IMG/VR virus record: IMGVR_UViG_3300024308_000302
Coordinates: 186,001-250,000 of that record
Strand: one strand, 5' to 3'
DNA length: 64,000 nucleotides
Positions 8,907 through 19,201 of the stretch are shown here, in pieces (position 1 is the stretch's first letter; the number at the start of each line of letters is the position of its first letter). The notes under the pieces were generated by a model, which searched no databases, was not told the DNA's origin, and saw only the letters and a program-made list of their open reading frames with translations. The position numbers were made by a program, and so were the translations under genes.

Positions 8907-9882
8907 AGTACCGCATAATTTGATACAAATCAATATCTTTCATTGTCAACGATTCAACATCAGTATTGGTCTTGTCAGATATTTCATACTTCAAACGTTC
9001 AACTGTTTGATTATAAATATCATCTAAGCTTTCATAGTTTTCATGCTGCCTAAGCATGGAGTTACTTGTGAAAGAAACAGTTGTTTTAACAGCATCATCA
9101 AAAACTCTAACATGGAAATGACAAGCATTAGAGCGATAGCCATATGAAAGCTCAAATACCAAGTTGGAATCTTTTACATTGCTGATTCTGTCATTAAAAA
9201 TGATATATACGGGAGTGTCAGCATTTGGATCATCTACAATCTTAAAATAGAAATTCATCAAGCTTAGTTGTTGTTTTATTTTTGATTTCAAATCACCAGT
9301 GAATACTGTATTAACAAAATAAATCAACTCATCAAATGTATAAAAATTATGAACTGTCCGTGTAAGAACTTTAGCCATTTGAGATGGTGGAATATAATTA
9401 ATTCCAAGTTTTTTCAACTTGTCAGTAACAACTGATGTAGTTGACTGATTTAACAACATATTCAATTCTTTAAAGTTTTTTGTTTTGGGATAAATAATAT
9501 CACTCACAGTTTTCAATAGTGAAAGATAGCGAGTTTCAAGGGCAGCTTCATTTTCGATGAAAGCCTGATGTGCAATAACTGTATGTTTCCCGTTTTCCAA
9601 ATTAATCGAGCACCCCGGAAACGGTTGATAAACAATTCGGCTTGTAGAGACTTCAATATTTGATTGAAAATACTCGAAACCACTGACCTTACTATAAAGT
9701 TTAGACAATGATTCCATTTGAGACAAAGAACGCTCTGATACATCAAGAAATGGGGCCAAATAAGCATACAAATCTTTATTTGTTTTCAAAAAATATCGTT
9801 TTTCAACATTTCGATCAATGATCCCATTTTTTTTCACATAATCTTCAATGAACATGAAAACTTTAAAATATAAGTATTCCAT
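8905..9882 (-). CDS. hypothetical protein, C-terminal signature family (subgroup A; Ile at -4, Met at -3)
   Basis: GGAG RBS before the second Met; ends TDVESLTMKDIDLYQIMRY. Confidence 0.82.
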   Translation of the reverse strand: MEYLYFKVFMFIEDYVKKNGIIDRNVEKRYFLKTNKDLYAYLAPFLDVSERSLSQMESLSKLYSKVSGFEYFQSNIEVSTSRIVYQPFPGCSINLENGKHTVIAHQAFIENEAALETRYLSLLKTVSDIIYPKTKNFKELNMLLNQSTTSVVTDKLKKLGINYIPPSQMAKVLTRTVHNFYTFDELIYFVNTVFTGDLKSKIKQQLSLMNFYFKIVDDPNADTPVYIIFNDRISNVKDSNLVFELSYGYRSNACHFHVRVFDDAVKTTVSFTSNSMLRQHENYESLDDIYNQTVERLKYEISDKTNTDVESLTMKDIDLYQIMRY

Positions 9883-9894
9883 ACAATGCTCCAA

Positions 9895-10896
9895 TTAACA
9901 GGCGTACATCTGTAAAAGTAATAAGTGATTAAAGGTTAGGTCTTTAACATCTACTTCCAAGTGGTCACTAACATAACCAGAGAACTGCTCTAATATATAC
10001 AGATAAATTTCATCAAACGAGCTAACATATGGTTCACAATTGTCAAAAGAAAATTCAATATGGTCATCAGAAAAAATAATCTCAAAACCGAAATGTACTG
10101 GGCTTTCATGAATTACCATCTTAAATAAATAATTACTATTCAAATACTTATTAAAAGATAGAGACGAACAAAATTTCATATTGATTGGTATATTCAAATT
10201 CAAAATCTTTTCAATGAACTTAACAAGTTCTATGATCTGATTAAATCTGGCATAATCAGTATCCGTTAAATAATTATACAGTATATCTAAAGATTCATCT
10301 AAGGCAATAACATTGTTAGTTGTGACATGCTTTCCAACCATGTCCAACAAATGAATGCCATTATAGCACAAATACCTTTTGCGAACAACATCCCAACTGG
10401 ATAATGGCAAAATATCTGTGATACTTTTAAAGGTAAAAATTGAAGAATGTAGACTACTTTTTATTTTTGATAGCAATTCATTATATTTGTTTTCAAACAA
10501 TTTATTATTGTTGACAAGAGAAGAAATATGAAATTCAGTACCAGCTAAATAAATTGTTACATTCTTTTTAAAATAGACATATCTTACTTTTATGTAAAAA
10601 TTGGGTTCCAATAATGATATAGATGCATAATTATCAAGCCAACGAACAGAAGCTGAATCTTTTCTTTTGTTATTAATTAAGTTATAGAAATAAATAAGAG
10701 AATATAACTGCATAATTAAATGATGATTAACATTAATCAAGTTTCCAACATACATTGCCATAGAAGGATTCATATCAAATGAGAATCCATTATAAGCAGA
10801 AGTAAATTTGCATTCAGGAATTATTTCAGGAAGGCGATGGATTACATCACTATCAATGATAGGTGGATGAATAAAATTATCAGACATAGTATCCAT
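9895..10896 (-). CDS. hypothetical protein, C-terminal M(-4) family (subgroup A)
   Basis: AGGAG RBS; ends LEVDVKDLTFNHLLLLQMYAC. Confidence 0.85.
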   Translation of the reverse strand: MDTMSDNFIHPPIIDSDVIHRLPEIIPECKFTSAYNGFSFDMNPSMAMYVGNLINVNHHLIMQLYSLIYFYNLINNKRKDSASVRWLDNYASISLLEPNFYIKVRYVYFKKNVTIYLAGTEFHISSLVNNNKLFENKYNELLSKIKSSLHSSIFTFKSITDILPLSSWDVVRKRYLCYNGIHLLDMVGKHVTTNNVIALDESLDILYNYLTDTDYARFNQIIELVKFIEKILNLNIPINMKFCSSLSFNKYLNSNYLFKMVIHESPVHFGFEIIFSDDHIEFSFDNCEPYVSSFDEIYLYILEQFSGYVSDHLEVDVKDLTFNHLLLLQMYAC

Positions 10897-10917
10897 ATAA
10901 GCTCCTAAATATGGTCA

Positions 10918-10946
10918 ATTATAGCATATTTAATGATTTTTGTCTA
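10918..10946 (-). promoter_or_regulatory. sigma70-type promoter (extended -10)
   Basis: Minus strand TAGACA-17 nt-TATAAT with TGC before the -10. Similar TGCTATAAT/TGCTAAAAT/TGCTATACT boxes precede many genes (about 12440, 18415, 30655, 39025, 41045, 56850). Confidence 0.7.
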
Positions 10947-10953
10947 ACAAAAG

Positions 10954-11814
10954 CTATTTTAAGGATTCATCAAAAAGTATGAAAACATGTCCAAGAATTC
11001 TTTTCTTGTCTTCATCAGAGACAAAATTATTGATAATTTCATTATCATCAGTAAACAGTTTAAACTGAGATGAACCACCACCATCAAGATTCAACATCTC
11101 TTGAAATTTAAAAGCATTGCCAATAAGCTGCAGTTCTTCTAATGTACAACCACCAGAACCATCATCGTTGTTTTCAACAAGAATAAAGAATATGTCATCA
11201 CCAATCATTGCAACAGCAGTTCTGGGATGTACTTGTGAGCTATGTCCAAGATAACTTGGAGGATTGATAACACCATTAGGAACTGGTAGATGTGTCTTTA
11301 TAGGTACTACCAGACCATTCTGGATAAGGTGTGGAGTGCAACCTAAAATATATTTGTGTAGATTTAAATCTGCAATAGAATCATTAGCAATAGACCAGTT
11401 ATCTTTTTTCGATTTCTGTATGAAATAACCATAATCATTTACTGGCAGAGTATCTTTAAAGAAGTGCTCACGAATTTTAACAATTCCAACAGGATCGCCT
11501 ACGTTAAAATCTTGATGGTCCCATTCGTAAAAATCTTTTCTGTAATGGTTAAATCCAGCATTGATAATAAACCTAATGCCTTTTTGTTTTTCTATAATGT
11601 CATTTATAGATCCACCTTCGCCAATATGATTATTAGGCGTATCAGGAAGAAGTGCTTCTGATGCTTTTGAAATCAATAGTGTCAAATCTTGATTGACAGC
11701 TTGATTATAACGAATCAAATGAACGACATTTTTCCGTTCTCTAAGGGAGAATAAGTAGCTGGAATAGAAAAAACCAGAAGTGATCACACTTTCTGGTTTG
11801 ATGATGTCATACAT
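10954..11814 (-). CDS. phosphodiester glycosidase (NAGPA/DUF2233-like) family protein
   Basis: FIINAGF, HPRTAVA, GCTLEEL and MLNLDGGGSS motifs; refined start overlaps the upstream stop by 8 nt. Confidence 0.8.
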   Translation of the reverse strand: MYDIIKPESVITSGFFYSSYLFSLRERKNVVHLIRYNQAVNQDLTLLISKASEALLPDTPNNHIGEGGSINDIIEKQKGIRFIINAGFNHYRKDFYEWDHQDFNVGDPVGIVKIREHFFKDTLPVNDYGYFIQKSKKDNWSIANDSIADLNLHKYILGCTPHLIQNGLVVPIKTHLPVPNGVINPPSYLGHSSQVHPRTAVAMIGDDIFFILVENNDDGSGGCTLEELQLIGNAFKFQEMLNLDGGGSSQFKLFTDDNEIINNFVSDEDKKRILGHVFILFDESLK

Positions 11815-12400
11815 TAGGTTTACTCTTATGAATTTTCTTAACCAGACTCTTCGAGGCTGGGTCATCTAGTTTCTCAAGATGCTTAAGACATTCTTTCAAG
11901 AGGTTTTCAGGTTCAGATGGAACAACTTTACCAATTTTATGAGGATCAATTTGTTTATTTAAGATTTCTTCATTTACTTTTGCTTGAGCAACATCACCAT
12001 CTGCATAACTTTTCAAAATTTTAGCAGCAAGATAGTAGTAACGATCATTAAGAACTTTATCTGACCTAAATGACATATCTTTTTCATGAAGTAATTTTCC
12101 ACCAACAAACTCATAAGTGCTTGCCGGAATCATGTCACGAACACTTGTCTCCATAAACTCAGAAGCATAGTTTAGGGCAGACTTTAAATCACCAGACTTC
12201 AGTAAGCTCTGAAAACTTTTCAACTTATACAAATCTTGTTCTTGTAATTCCACAAGTGGCAAGCCTAAATCTTCATCTGACATGAAGTCACCATATGACC
12301 TCTTTTGATTTTGAAAATCTTCACGATCTGCTTTTACTTGTTTTTCGAATGTGATAATAGATGAATTCAAATCATGTAATGCTCTTGCTACATAGTGCAT
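11807..12400 (-). CDS. hypothetical protein
   Basis: AGGA RBS and a TGCTATAAT promoter upstream; basic C-terminal tail. Confidence 0.78.
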   Translation of the reverse strand: MHYVARALHDLNSSIITFEKQVKADREDFQNQKRSYGDFMSDEDLGLPLVELQEQDLYKLKSFQSLLKSGDLKSALNYASEFMETSVRDMIPASTYEFVGGKLLHEKDMSFRSDKVLNDRYYYLAAKILKSYADGDVAQAKVNEEILNKQIDPHKIGKVVPSEPENLLKECLKHLEKLDDPASKSLVKKIHKSKPNV

Positions 12401-12494
12401 GTTAAAAAATCCTAAATGTTAATTAATAATCCAATTATAGCATAAATTATCAAAAAAGACAGAGAAAGAATAAGATACCATTCCGAAAATGGCA

Positions 12495-13622
12495 TCATTT
12501 CAAATAAGTGGCAAACTTGTCTCGGTATTCTTTTTGTTGTTCAGTTGTCAATTCTTTATAGCGAGTTTTGAAACCATTAACAGTCAATTTAGCAAAGATA
12601 GCATCACCAGAATGAAGCGTCACTGTCACACCAGCATCCTTGAAGTAATCAGTAGGCACTCTTGGCAAATGAGCGGCTGTCGTTTCACCTGAAAGGGTGG
12701 AATTGAACATGTTTGTTTTAGACAAGCAGAGATAGCCATTTGCAAAGATAAGGCTGTATTTATCAGAAATATCTTCTGCATTGAAATCTACAGATTCTTG
12801 TAGACCACATTTGACCAAGCAACGAGTCATTTTTTCAATGTTAGCATCAATTTCGGCATCAGTTTGTTTCAAAATAAGCTTACCAGTAACATTGAAGTAA
12901 ATACTAAGCAAACCAGCCAAAACAAAAAGATCCTGCTTAGACATAATAAGTTTGCTATTCATAATTTTCCAGAACAAATCAACATCTTTATGAACAAGCA
13001 AGATTTTCAGAACATAATAGTAAGGAATTTCAAATCCATTTTTATGTTCAATAATTTGGTTCATACGTTTAAACATGAGTTCTTTAGGAACAGGAGACTG
13101 ATGGTTGTTCTCATGCTCATAATAGGAGTAATACATAACACCATGAAAAATGCTTTCTGACAGTTTACCTTTGATTTTAAGGTCATCTACAAAGAACATA
13201 TCCCAATAATATTCATTTCTTGAGATGTTATTCATGTCAAGAACCTTAAGACGAAGATTGTTGATTTCATTAGCAGAAAGATTTTTTTCATTGAAAGTTT
13301 TATTAATCAGCCATTCTTCTGCGAGAGTATTTTTCAAAGGAGCAGCATGGCTACGGCCATGACCACAAGCGATGGCATCCCATGCTTTACTAATAAAAGC
13401 TTTTTTAGTTAACCAGCCAAGATCCCAAAGAAGATTCAAAGCTTCAATCCAATTGCTATAAAAGAATTCTTGCAGGGCAGCAGACGCAAGATTTTTATTA
13501 GGCTCGCCATTTTCAAACCAATGCTTCACAAGATTAATATCATGCTTCTCCAACATAGCCTTCATGATTGGAATATTGAATGCCACTTGAGTGGAATATT
13601 GTGGGTCATAATTTTTGGTCAT
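12495..13622 (-). CDS. hypothetical protein (start refined to MTKNY)
   Basis: AGGAG RBS at the refined start; long open frame. Confidence 0.82.
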   Translation of the reverse strand: MTKNYDPQYSTQVAFNIPIMKAMLEKHDINLVKHWFENGEPNKNLASAALQEFFYSNWIEALNLLWDLGWLTKKAFISKAWDAIACGHGRSHAAPLKNTLAEEWLINKTFNEKNLSANEINNLRLKVLDMNNISRNEYYWDMFFVDDLKIKGKLSESIFHGVMYYSYYEHENNHQSPVPKELMFKRMNQIIEHKNGFEIPYYYVLKILLVHKDVDLFWKIMNSKLIMSKQDLFVLAGLLSIYFNVTGKLILKQTDAEIDANIEKMTRCLVKCGLQESVDFNAEDISDKYSLIFANGYLCLSKTNMFNSTLSGETTAAHLPRVPTDYFKDAGVTVTLHSGDAIFAKLTVNGFKTRYKELTTEQQKEYRDKFATYLK

Positions 13623-13682
13623 GGGATAACTCCTAAAATTTGACAAATTATACCACAACGAGCCATAAAATGAAAGTTTTTA

Positions 13683-14774
13683 TTATAAAATTAACATTTC
13701 ATGTATTTTTAAGTCTGGTAATCTGAAATCATCTCGATGCATTTGAAAAGTCTTCTCCAGTCTCAAAATAAGATTTTCTTTTAAATGGTCATAGATAGAA
13801 TCTAAATCAGTTAGAACAATTTGATTTATTGGATCATAAAATTCTATTGTTCCATCATCAAAAAGTAAAATAGATTCTCGACAATCTAAATTTAAATTAA
13901 CTCCAAAATGAAACTGATAAAACTGATTCAATTCTGCATATTTTGATGTTTTATTGAACGTTATACTAAAATGGTTAGAAACACACTCGCTCCATTTAAT
14001 ATCTCTTTTGAAAAATGTTTCTTGAAAAGACGTTAAAGCAACAATGTTTTTTAATTTTTTTGCAAATGATTCTGAGAAACTATCTTTTAAAAAGGAATTG
14101 AAAGTTTTTAAATCTACAGTAACAGTATGTTGTCCAAGATTCATGCAGTTTATAAAAATACTTGAATCGTCAACTTGGTAACGTTTAATGAAGTCTGTTA
14201 ACGATACAATTTTCAGATCGGTGTTAATTAAACGACTGTTTATAAAATTCACATTAGACATTTTATTAATTTCAAAAAAATGTTTAAAGGTCTTAACATT
14301 TGAATTAAGTGCTTTCTTTATATCTGATAAAATTTCATTATATGCGACCTCATAATCATTAGTATAAACCATAAGAGAATACGCCATTTCAAATGATAAA
14401 TTTAAATTAGAATTTTGTTTTTTACATTGACTATAAAGTGTTAAAAAGTAATAGTAATCATGATCAAAAATCTCAAATAAAGAAAATTCAAAACTTAAAC
14501 AATCACCATTATAAACCAGATTAATATAAACATCTAAGTTTTCAAGCCCTTGTATCAAAGCTAAAAAACTATTGGCAAAAATATATTGATTAATTAATGA
14601 TGAATTAGATTTTGTTAAATTAGAAATAAATTGTATTACAATAGGATTTGAATAAACAGAATAATAAAAATGTTTTCTACCACCACGTATAATTTCTTGT
14701 TCAATTAACGGTAATTCGTGTTTAGAAACTAAATCTTTGAACTGACATATAATATCATTTTCGATGCCTGTCAT
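13683..14774 (-). CDS. hypothetical protein, C-terminal M(-4) family (subgroup A)
   Basis: AAGGA RBS; ends FQMHRDDFRLPDLKIHEMLIL. Confidence 0.85.
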   Translation of the reverse strand: MTGIENDIICQFKDLVSKHELPLIEQEIIRGGRKHFYYSVYSNPIVIQFISNLTKSNSSLINQYIFANSFLALIQGLENLDVYINLVYNGDCLSFEFSLFEIFDHDYYYFLTLYSQCKKQNSNLNLSFEMAYSLMVYTNDYEVAYNEILSDIKKALNSNVKTFKHFFEINKMSNVNFINSRLINTDLKIVSLTDFIKRYQVDDSSIFINCMNLGQHTVTVDLKTFNSFLKDSFSESFAKKLKNIVALTSFQETFFKRDIKWSECVSNHFSITFNKTSKYAELNQFYQFHFGVNLNLDCRESILLFDDGTIEFYDPINQIVLTDLDSIYDHLKENLILRLEKTFQMHRDDFRLPDLKIHEMLIL

Positions 14775-14786
14775 AATTAATCCTTA

Positions 14787-15524
14787 TTATTTTTTAGAAA
14801 CAAAAATCAAACGGCTTGAATTTACATCAGGTTGAGAACGATTAGTGTCAGCAAAACATTGAATTTCTTTGAAACCAGCCTGCTCTAATAATGAAATAAT
14901 TTCATCTTTAGTATACATCTTAGTTAATCCACTACCTTCAAAAATTTTCTTTTTATTTTGATTTTTAATGACAAAATCAGAAATAAGACATCTATTTTCA
15001 ATTCGAGATTTTCGTTCACACTTGAAATGAGTGCCATCTACGTTCCGCTCAAGAACCGTAGTTTTTTCAAAATTAGAAATAACAAAGTCTGAGTTGTAAT
15101 ACTCCAAAACAAAAGTACCATTAGATCGTAAATGCTTGTTAGCATTCTGCAAGAATTTTAAATTAAGTGCATCATCTTCAAAATATCCCCAACTAGTATG
15201 CCAATTAATAACAAAATGAGTTAGGGCAACACATTTATCGTCCAATATATCGTGCTGCATAAATTTACTCGTTACCTGAGCAGCTTTTGCTTTTTTATTG
15301 GCCGTTTCAATATATTCCTCACATAAGTCAACACCAAGCGTCTTACAGCCTAATGACTGGGCCAAAGCTATAGATAGAGTTCCTTCACCACAACATTGCT
15401 CAAGAACTTGAGTAGTGTAACTTACACCCAGCGATTTAAAAAAAGCAATAAGGTCATCATTCACAGTATTGATAAGAAAAAAATTTCTTGTAATGTTGTT
15501 AAAAAAATCTGTACTCCAATTCAT
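14787..15524 (-). CDS. class I SAM-dependent methyltransferase
   Basis: Motif I VLEQCCGEGTLS, acidic GVDLCEEY, and FVINWHTSWGYF typical of small-molecule Methyltransf_25-type enzymes. Confidence 0.88.
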   Translation of the reverse strand: MNWSTDFFNNITRNFFLINTVNDDLIAFFKSLGVSYTTQVLEQCCGEGTLSIALAQSLGCKTLGVDLCEEYIETANKKAKAAQVTSKFMQHDILDDKCVALTHFVINWHTSWGYFEDDALNLKFLQNANKHLRSNGTFVLEYYNSDFVISNFEKTTVLERNVDGTHFKCERKSRIENRCLISDFVIKNQNKKKIFEGSGLTKMYTKDEIISLLEQAGFKEIQCFADTNRSQPDVNSSRLIFVSKK

Positions 15525-15560
15525 TTAAAATCTCCAATTATTATAGTATACAACAAAAAC

Positions 15561-15583
15561 AAAAAAGAGCCAGAAGGCTCTTT
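15561..15583 (-). terminator. intrinsic terminator
   Basis: AAAAAAGAGCC-AGAA-GGCTCTT abutting the stop at 15582. Confidence 0.8.
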
Positions 15584-15893
15584 AATTGACTTTGTTTTCT
15601 CTTTTTTTCATGTATTCTAAAAAGTGTGAGACATCTTTGCTAAGAATCTCATTCCTTTCAACGTTTAATTCATTTAAAATAGCCTGAATACTTGCAAGGT
15701 CGTTATCATTGATAGCTTTTTGAATTCTTTGGAAATAAGGTTCTTCCATCTGAGCAACACTTTTGGCTCCAGCAAAGACAGAAGCATTAATTGCTGTATT
15801 AATTTTATTTTTATCTACAAAAGTTGCACTTTTAAGCAATTTGTAAGTAAGAACAATACCAAGAGCAATCAAAATAAATTCAAAAAGATCCAT
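15582..15893 (-). CDS. small membrane-anchored hypothetical protein
   Basis: GAGG RBS; N-terminal hydrophobic helix. Confidence 0.78.
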   Translation of the reverse strand: MDLFEFILIALGIVLTYKLLKSATFVDKNKINTAINASVFAGAKSVAQMEEPYFQRIQKAINDNDLASIQAILNELNVERNEILSKDVSHFLEYMKKRENKVN

Positions 15894-15951
15894 AAGTCAC
15901 CTCATAAAAAAGATAAGCAATGATAACATAAATTATCTATTTAATCAACTT

Positions 15952-16311
15952 TTAATGAAATTTTACATTTTCAATATAGTTAATACGCTCTTCAAGTTTC
16001 TGAGCCATTTCTTTACGAATTGTATCACAAGTCTTGGTGACCCATTCTTGTTTTCGAGCTTCAAATTCTTCATCTGAAATATTCAGTTCAAATGATGACA
16101 TGCCATTGGAGTAACAATCATAAGAAATATATACCAATGTTGTATTACCATTATCGTCAATAATATTGATCTCAGTAGTGCTATCAATAACATGTTTCAC
16201 AACAATCCCATCATATACTTTTCCAAGCTGATAAGGAGTGTCAGGTCTTGTTGCCACATTCACTTGAAATTTTACTTTGTCACCTACTTGAGCCAAATCA
16301 GACTTTCGCAT
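15952..16311 (-). CDS. hypothetical protein with a KOW/SH3-like N-terminus
   Basis: AAGGA RBS; AQVGDKVKF...GKVYDGIVV beta-barrel-like pattern. Confidence 0.72.
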   Translation of the reverse strand: MRKSDLAQVGDKVKFQVNVATRPDTPYQLGKVYDGIVVKHVIDSTTEINIIDDNGNTTLVYISYDCYSNGMSSFELNISDEEFEARKQEWVTKTCDTIRKEMAQKLEERINYIENVKFH

Positions 16312-16375
16312 ACAAAATTCCTTCAATAAATTAATTGAGATTATGATAATTCATTTGTGCTACTAAGTCAATGAT

Positions 16376-16834
16376 TTAACTAGTAATTTTTCTATATGTT
16401 TTCTCAAATGCTGTTTTTTCAATCCTATAGACTTCTGGAATTGAAGGTTCAGTAGTTGCTAAATAATCACCAGAACACACTAACATTTCTTCGCTCCATG
16501 GAGCAATGAACTTGAAAGAGTCTCCAAGATATTTGAAAGCAATACATGTACCAGAAGGAGTGAAATCTTGGAAATCGTCAGTTAGCGGTTTATCAACAAC
16601 ATATCGTGCTTTAAATTTATCCATAGACATTGTATAAAGCTCGCCTTTAGGGCCACGTACAACAACATGATTAGAACCAGCTTTATTTTCAGTTTCAACA
16701 ACATTATCAATTATGGTAATAACAACTTCACCATCTATAGCCTTTCGGACAGAAACTAAGCCTACTTTTTTATATTTGTTAGCTTTTTCTATATTATCCT
16801 TAAAATATTCAATCATATCTTCTTGTTTAAACAT
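16376..16834 (-). CDS. PGDYG-like phage protein (tentative)
   Basis: AGGAG RBS; two repeats of the type VVRGPKGELY...FKARY and GDYLA...EVYRIEKTAFEKTY. Confidence 0.6.
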   Translation of the reverse strand: MFKQEDMIEYFKDNIEKANKYKKVGLVSVRKAIDGEVVITIIDNVVETENKAGSNHVVVRGPKGELYTMSMDKFKARYVVDKPLTDDFQDFTPSGTCIAFKYLGDSFKFIAPWSEEMLVCSGDYLATTEPSIPEVYRIEKTAFEKTYRKITS

Positions 16835-16869
16835 CAATATTTCTCCTATATTATTTTTTTTAGAAACGC

Positions 16870-16890
16870 AAAAAGAGGCCGAAGCCTCTT
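16870..16890 (-). terminator. GAGGC-family terminator (exact 20-mer)
   Basis: AAAAGAGGC-CGAA-GCCTCTT overlapping the stop at 16889. Confidence 0.88.
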
Positions 16891-17341
16891 ATTCTTTCAA
16901 ATATACATGTTTATAATGTGGTTTTAGTGGTTTTAGTTTTAAAGCTTCTTCTTTAGTGATTTCATCACAATATCGAAGGTATGACATAATAGGACAATAA
17001 CTTTTTGAATATTCTTCTTTCACATCTGAGATATTCTTACAATCCTCCTGCCATGCCAAAGCTTTAGAATATTGTTCAGCACTACATGCAGTCAAAAAAG
17101 GTGTTGCCATATTCACAATGACTAGATTGTTAACATCTTCTGGATGTGATGTTTCTGGCCTCATTACTGGTGTAAAGTAATCTTTGTTTTTAACGTTATC
17201 TGCCAAATTTTTATTACTCGAATTAGCAGCCTCTGAACCAGCAGCAATGATGGCAGTGTTATTTGCAATACTTACAGCAAGGTTCGCAGATGCAAAAGGG
17301 GCAATCATAAAGCACAGCATAAACATAATAATTTTTTTCAT
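16889..17341 (-). CDS. secreted Cys-rich protein, paralog of 17849..18379
   Basis: Signal peptide; ATPFLTAC...WQEDC...SYCPIMSYLRYCDEIT. Confidence 0.85.
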   Translation of the reverse strand: MKKIIMFMLCFMIAPFASANLAVSIANNTAIIAAGSEAANSSNKNLADNVKNKDYFTPVMRPETSHPEDVNNLVIVNMATPFLTACSAEQYSKALAWQEDCKNISDVKEEYSKSYCPIMSYLRYCDEITKEEALKLKPLKPHYKHVYLKE

Positions 17342-17356
17342 TTAAATCTCCAATAA

Positions 17357-17803
17357 TTAAGCAGTTTGTTCTTCATCTTTTGTTTTGATAACAAAAAGTC
17401 CACAAGACATTGCAATCAAAACACAGAAAAGGTTTGCAAGGTAAAGCATGATACAAACAGTACGCCAGAAGTCACCAGTAACATTACCATTCATATTGTC
17501 TTGACTAAGTTCAAGTTTCATAGTAACTGGTTGATTACCACTTGCTTCAAAATCACGATATACTTTGTCATTGATTGGCCGATAGAACTTTTGACCAGTC
17601 AAATTGTCAACAAAATAACCATTGATATTGTATTGAACATTTTTCTTATGTTCATAAGTGACTGCTTTCGTGTCAATCATGGTAACTTCACGAACCTGTT
17701 TATTTAACAGTGAACTCGAATAGTTATTCAATGACAAAGTTAGGGCCAGAACGATGCCAGAAATAAAAAGAATAATCAGAGTATTTTTAATATTCAGTTT
17801 CAT
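17357..17803 (-). CDS. membrane protein (2 TM)
   Basis: GAGG RBS; N- and C-terminal hydrophobic helices. Confidence 0.8.
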   Translation of the reverse strand: MKLNIKNTLIILFISGIVLALTLSLNNYSSSLLNKQVREVTMIDTKAVTYEHKKNVQYNINGYFVDNLTGQKFYRPINDKVYRDFEASGNQPVTMKLELSQDNMNGNVTGDFWRTVCIMLYLANLFCVLIAMSCGLFVIKTKDEEQTA

Positions 17804-17848
17804 AGATAGAGCCTCTATTAGTATTTTAGAAAGTTAGCAAAATATAAA

Positions 17849-18379
17849 TTATTGATCACGAAGAAAAACATGTTTATAGCCTTCTTTCAGTGGACGCAGT
17901 TTGATAGCTTCTTCTGGTGTGATTTCATCACAATACCTAAAATATGACAGCAATGGGCAATACGAACTATCCAAGCCCGAATCAGAATCTTGTTCAATAA
18001 TTTTCTTACAATCCGCTTGCCAATCTTCTGCTTTTGCTACTTGCTCCACAGTACAAGCTGTAAGCAATGGAGTCGCTACTTCAACAGCCGTTGCAGCAGA
18101 AGAACTGTGAGAACTTGACATGAGCATAATTGGAACAAACAATGGAAGCACACTGGAATTTGACGAAATGCCATTTTTAGATGAAACGCTTTGGCGAGCA
18201 GGTGGAGGTGTAACAGCCTTAGCAGGAGCAGAAACTGATGGTCGAACAGTAGGAGCCGGAGCAATACGTGGAGCCATAACAGGCACACGAATTGGAGTGA
18301 TGATTGTAATTGCAAGAGCTTCAAAAGAGACAGCAAGGCCCATAATCAGAGCAATGGAACTAAGCACAGTCTTTTTCAT
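17849..18379 (-). CDS. secreted Cys-rich protein with a Pro/Ala/Ser linker
   Basis: GAGG RBS; signal peptide; ATPLLTAC...WQADC...SYCPLLSYFRYCDEIT. Confidence 0.85.
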   Translation of the reverse strand: MKKTVLSSIALIMGLAVSFEALAITIITPIRVPVMAPRIAPAPTVRPSVSAPAKAVTPPPARQSVSSKNGISSNSSVLPLFVPIMLMSSSHSSSAATAVEVATPLLTACTVEQVAKAEDWQADCKKIIEQDSDSGLDSSYCPLLSYFRYCDEITPEEAIKLRPLKEGYKHVFLRDQ

Positions 18380-18441
18380 TATGAATCCTCAATAGAATAA
18401 AAAGTAGACGAATTATAGCAACCTTCAAGATGATTGTACAG

Positions 18442-18633
18442 CTATTCAGCCGATTTTTTGTAAAGGTTCAAAACGGTAACACCAGTGATATCATCAACAC
18501 AGTCATTCACCAGAACTGTATCGTTGCCATGAATATTTTTAAGAGAAATCAAATACATAATAGCTTCATCAATGGTTTTGCCATCCAGAGCAAAATCAAC
18601 AGAGTCAGGAAGGTCAATCAGAGAAAGAGACAT
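18442..18633 (-). CDS. small acidic hypothetical protein
   Basis: GAGGA RBS; 63 aa. Confidence 0.75.
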   Translation of the reverse strand: MSLSLIDLPDSVDFALDGKTIDEAIMYLISLKNIHGNDTVLVNDCVDDITGVTVLNLYKKSAE

Positions 18634-18751
18634 AGTGGTTCCTCAATATTGAAAAGTAATGAATGATACCAAAAAAAAGAGATGATGTCTACAATTTGTT
18701 GAATTAATTCAAAATTGGCGTACTGTATATATATTAACTATTGGAGAAGAA

Positions 18752-19201
18752 ATGCTAAAATCAATAATTATGACACTTCTTATGACAACAGTGACTTATG
18801 CAGAAACCACACATTCACCAATTAATGAAATTTTTGGATTTGAATTAGGAATGGATGTTACAAATTACAAAGGTGATACTGTTACTCTTTCAAATGGTGA
18901 CAAAGGAATGGTTGTCCCAGTAGATGTGAAAGGTTTTAAAAATGTATTGATAACATATGATCAGCAAACAAATAAAATAATTAGTATAGCAACAATGAAA
19001 GAACAACCTAATAATTGCCAAGAAGAAGCAAAAGTAATTATGGAGGTTTTGTCAGATAAATATGGTAAATTTGACAGAAAAGAAAGAAATGGAAAAACAG
19101 AATATTACATACAAGATAAAAATAAAAGACTGGTTGTAGCCTGCGATGAACCAGAAGTGTCTGAGGTATCAATAATATTACTTGATTATCAACCAGAATA
19201 A
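18752..19201 (+). CDS. secreted protein, paralog of 19890..20390
   Basis: GGAG RBS; signal peptide; PINEIFGFELG motif and a Cys pair. Confidence 0.82.
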   Translation: MLKSIIMTLLMTTVTYAETTHSPINEIFGFELGMDVTNYKGDTVTLSNGDKGMVVPVDVKGFKNVLITYDQQTNKIISIATMKEQPNNCQEEAKVIMEVLSDKYGKFDRKERNGKTEYYIQDKNKRLVVACDEPEVSEVSIILLDYQPE

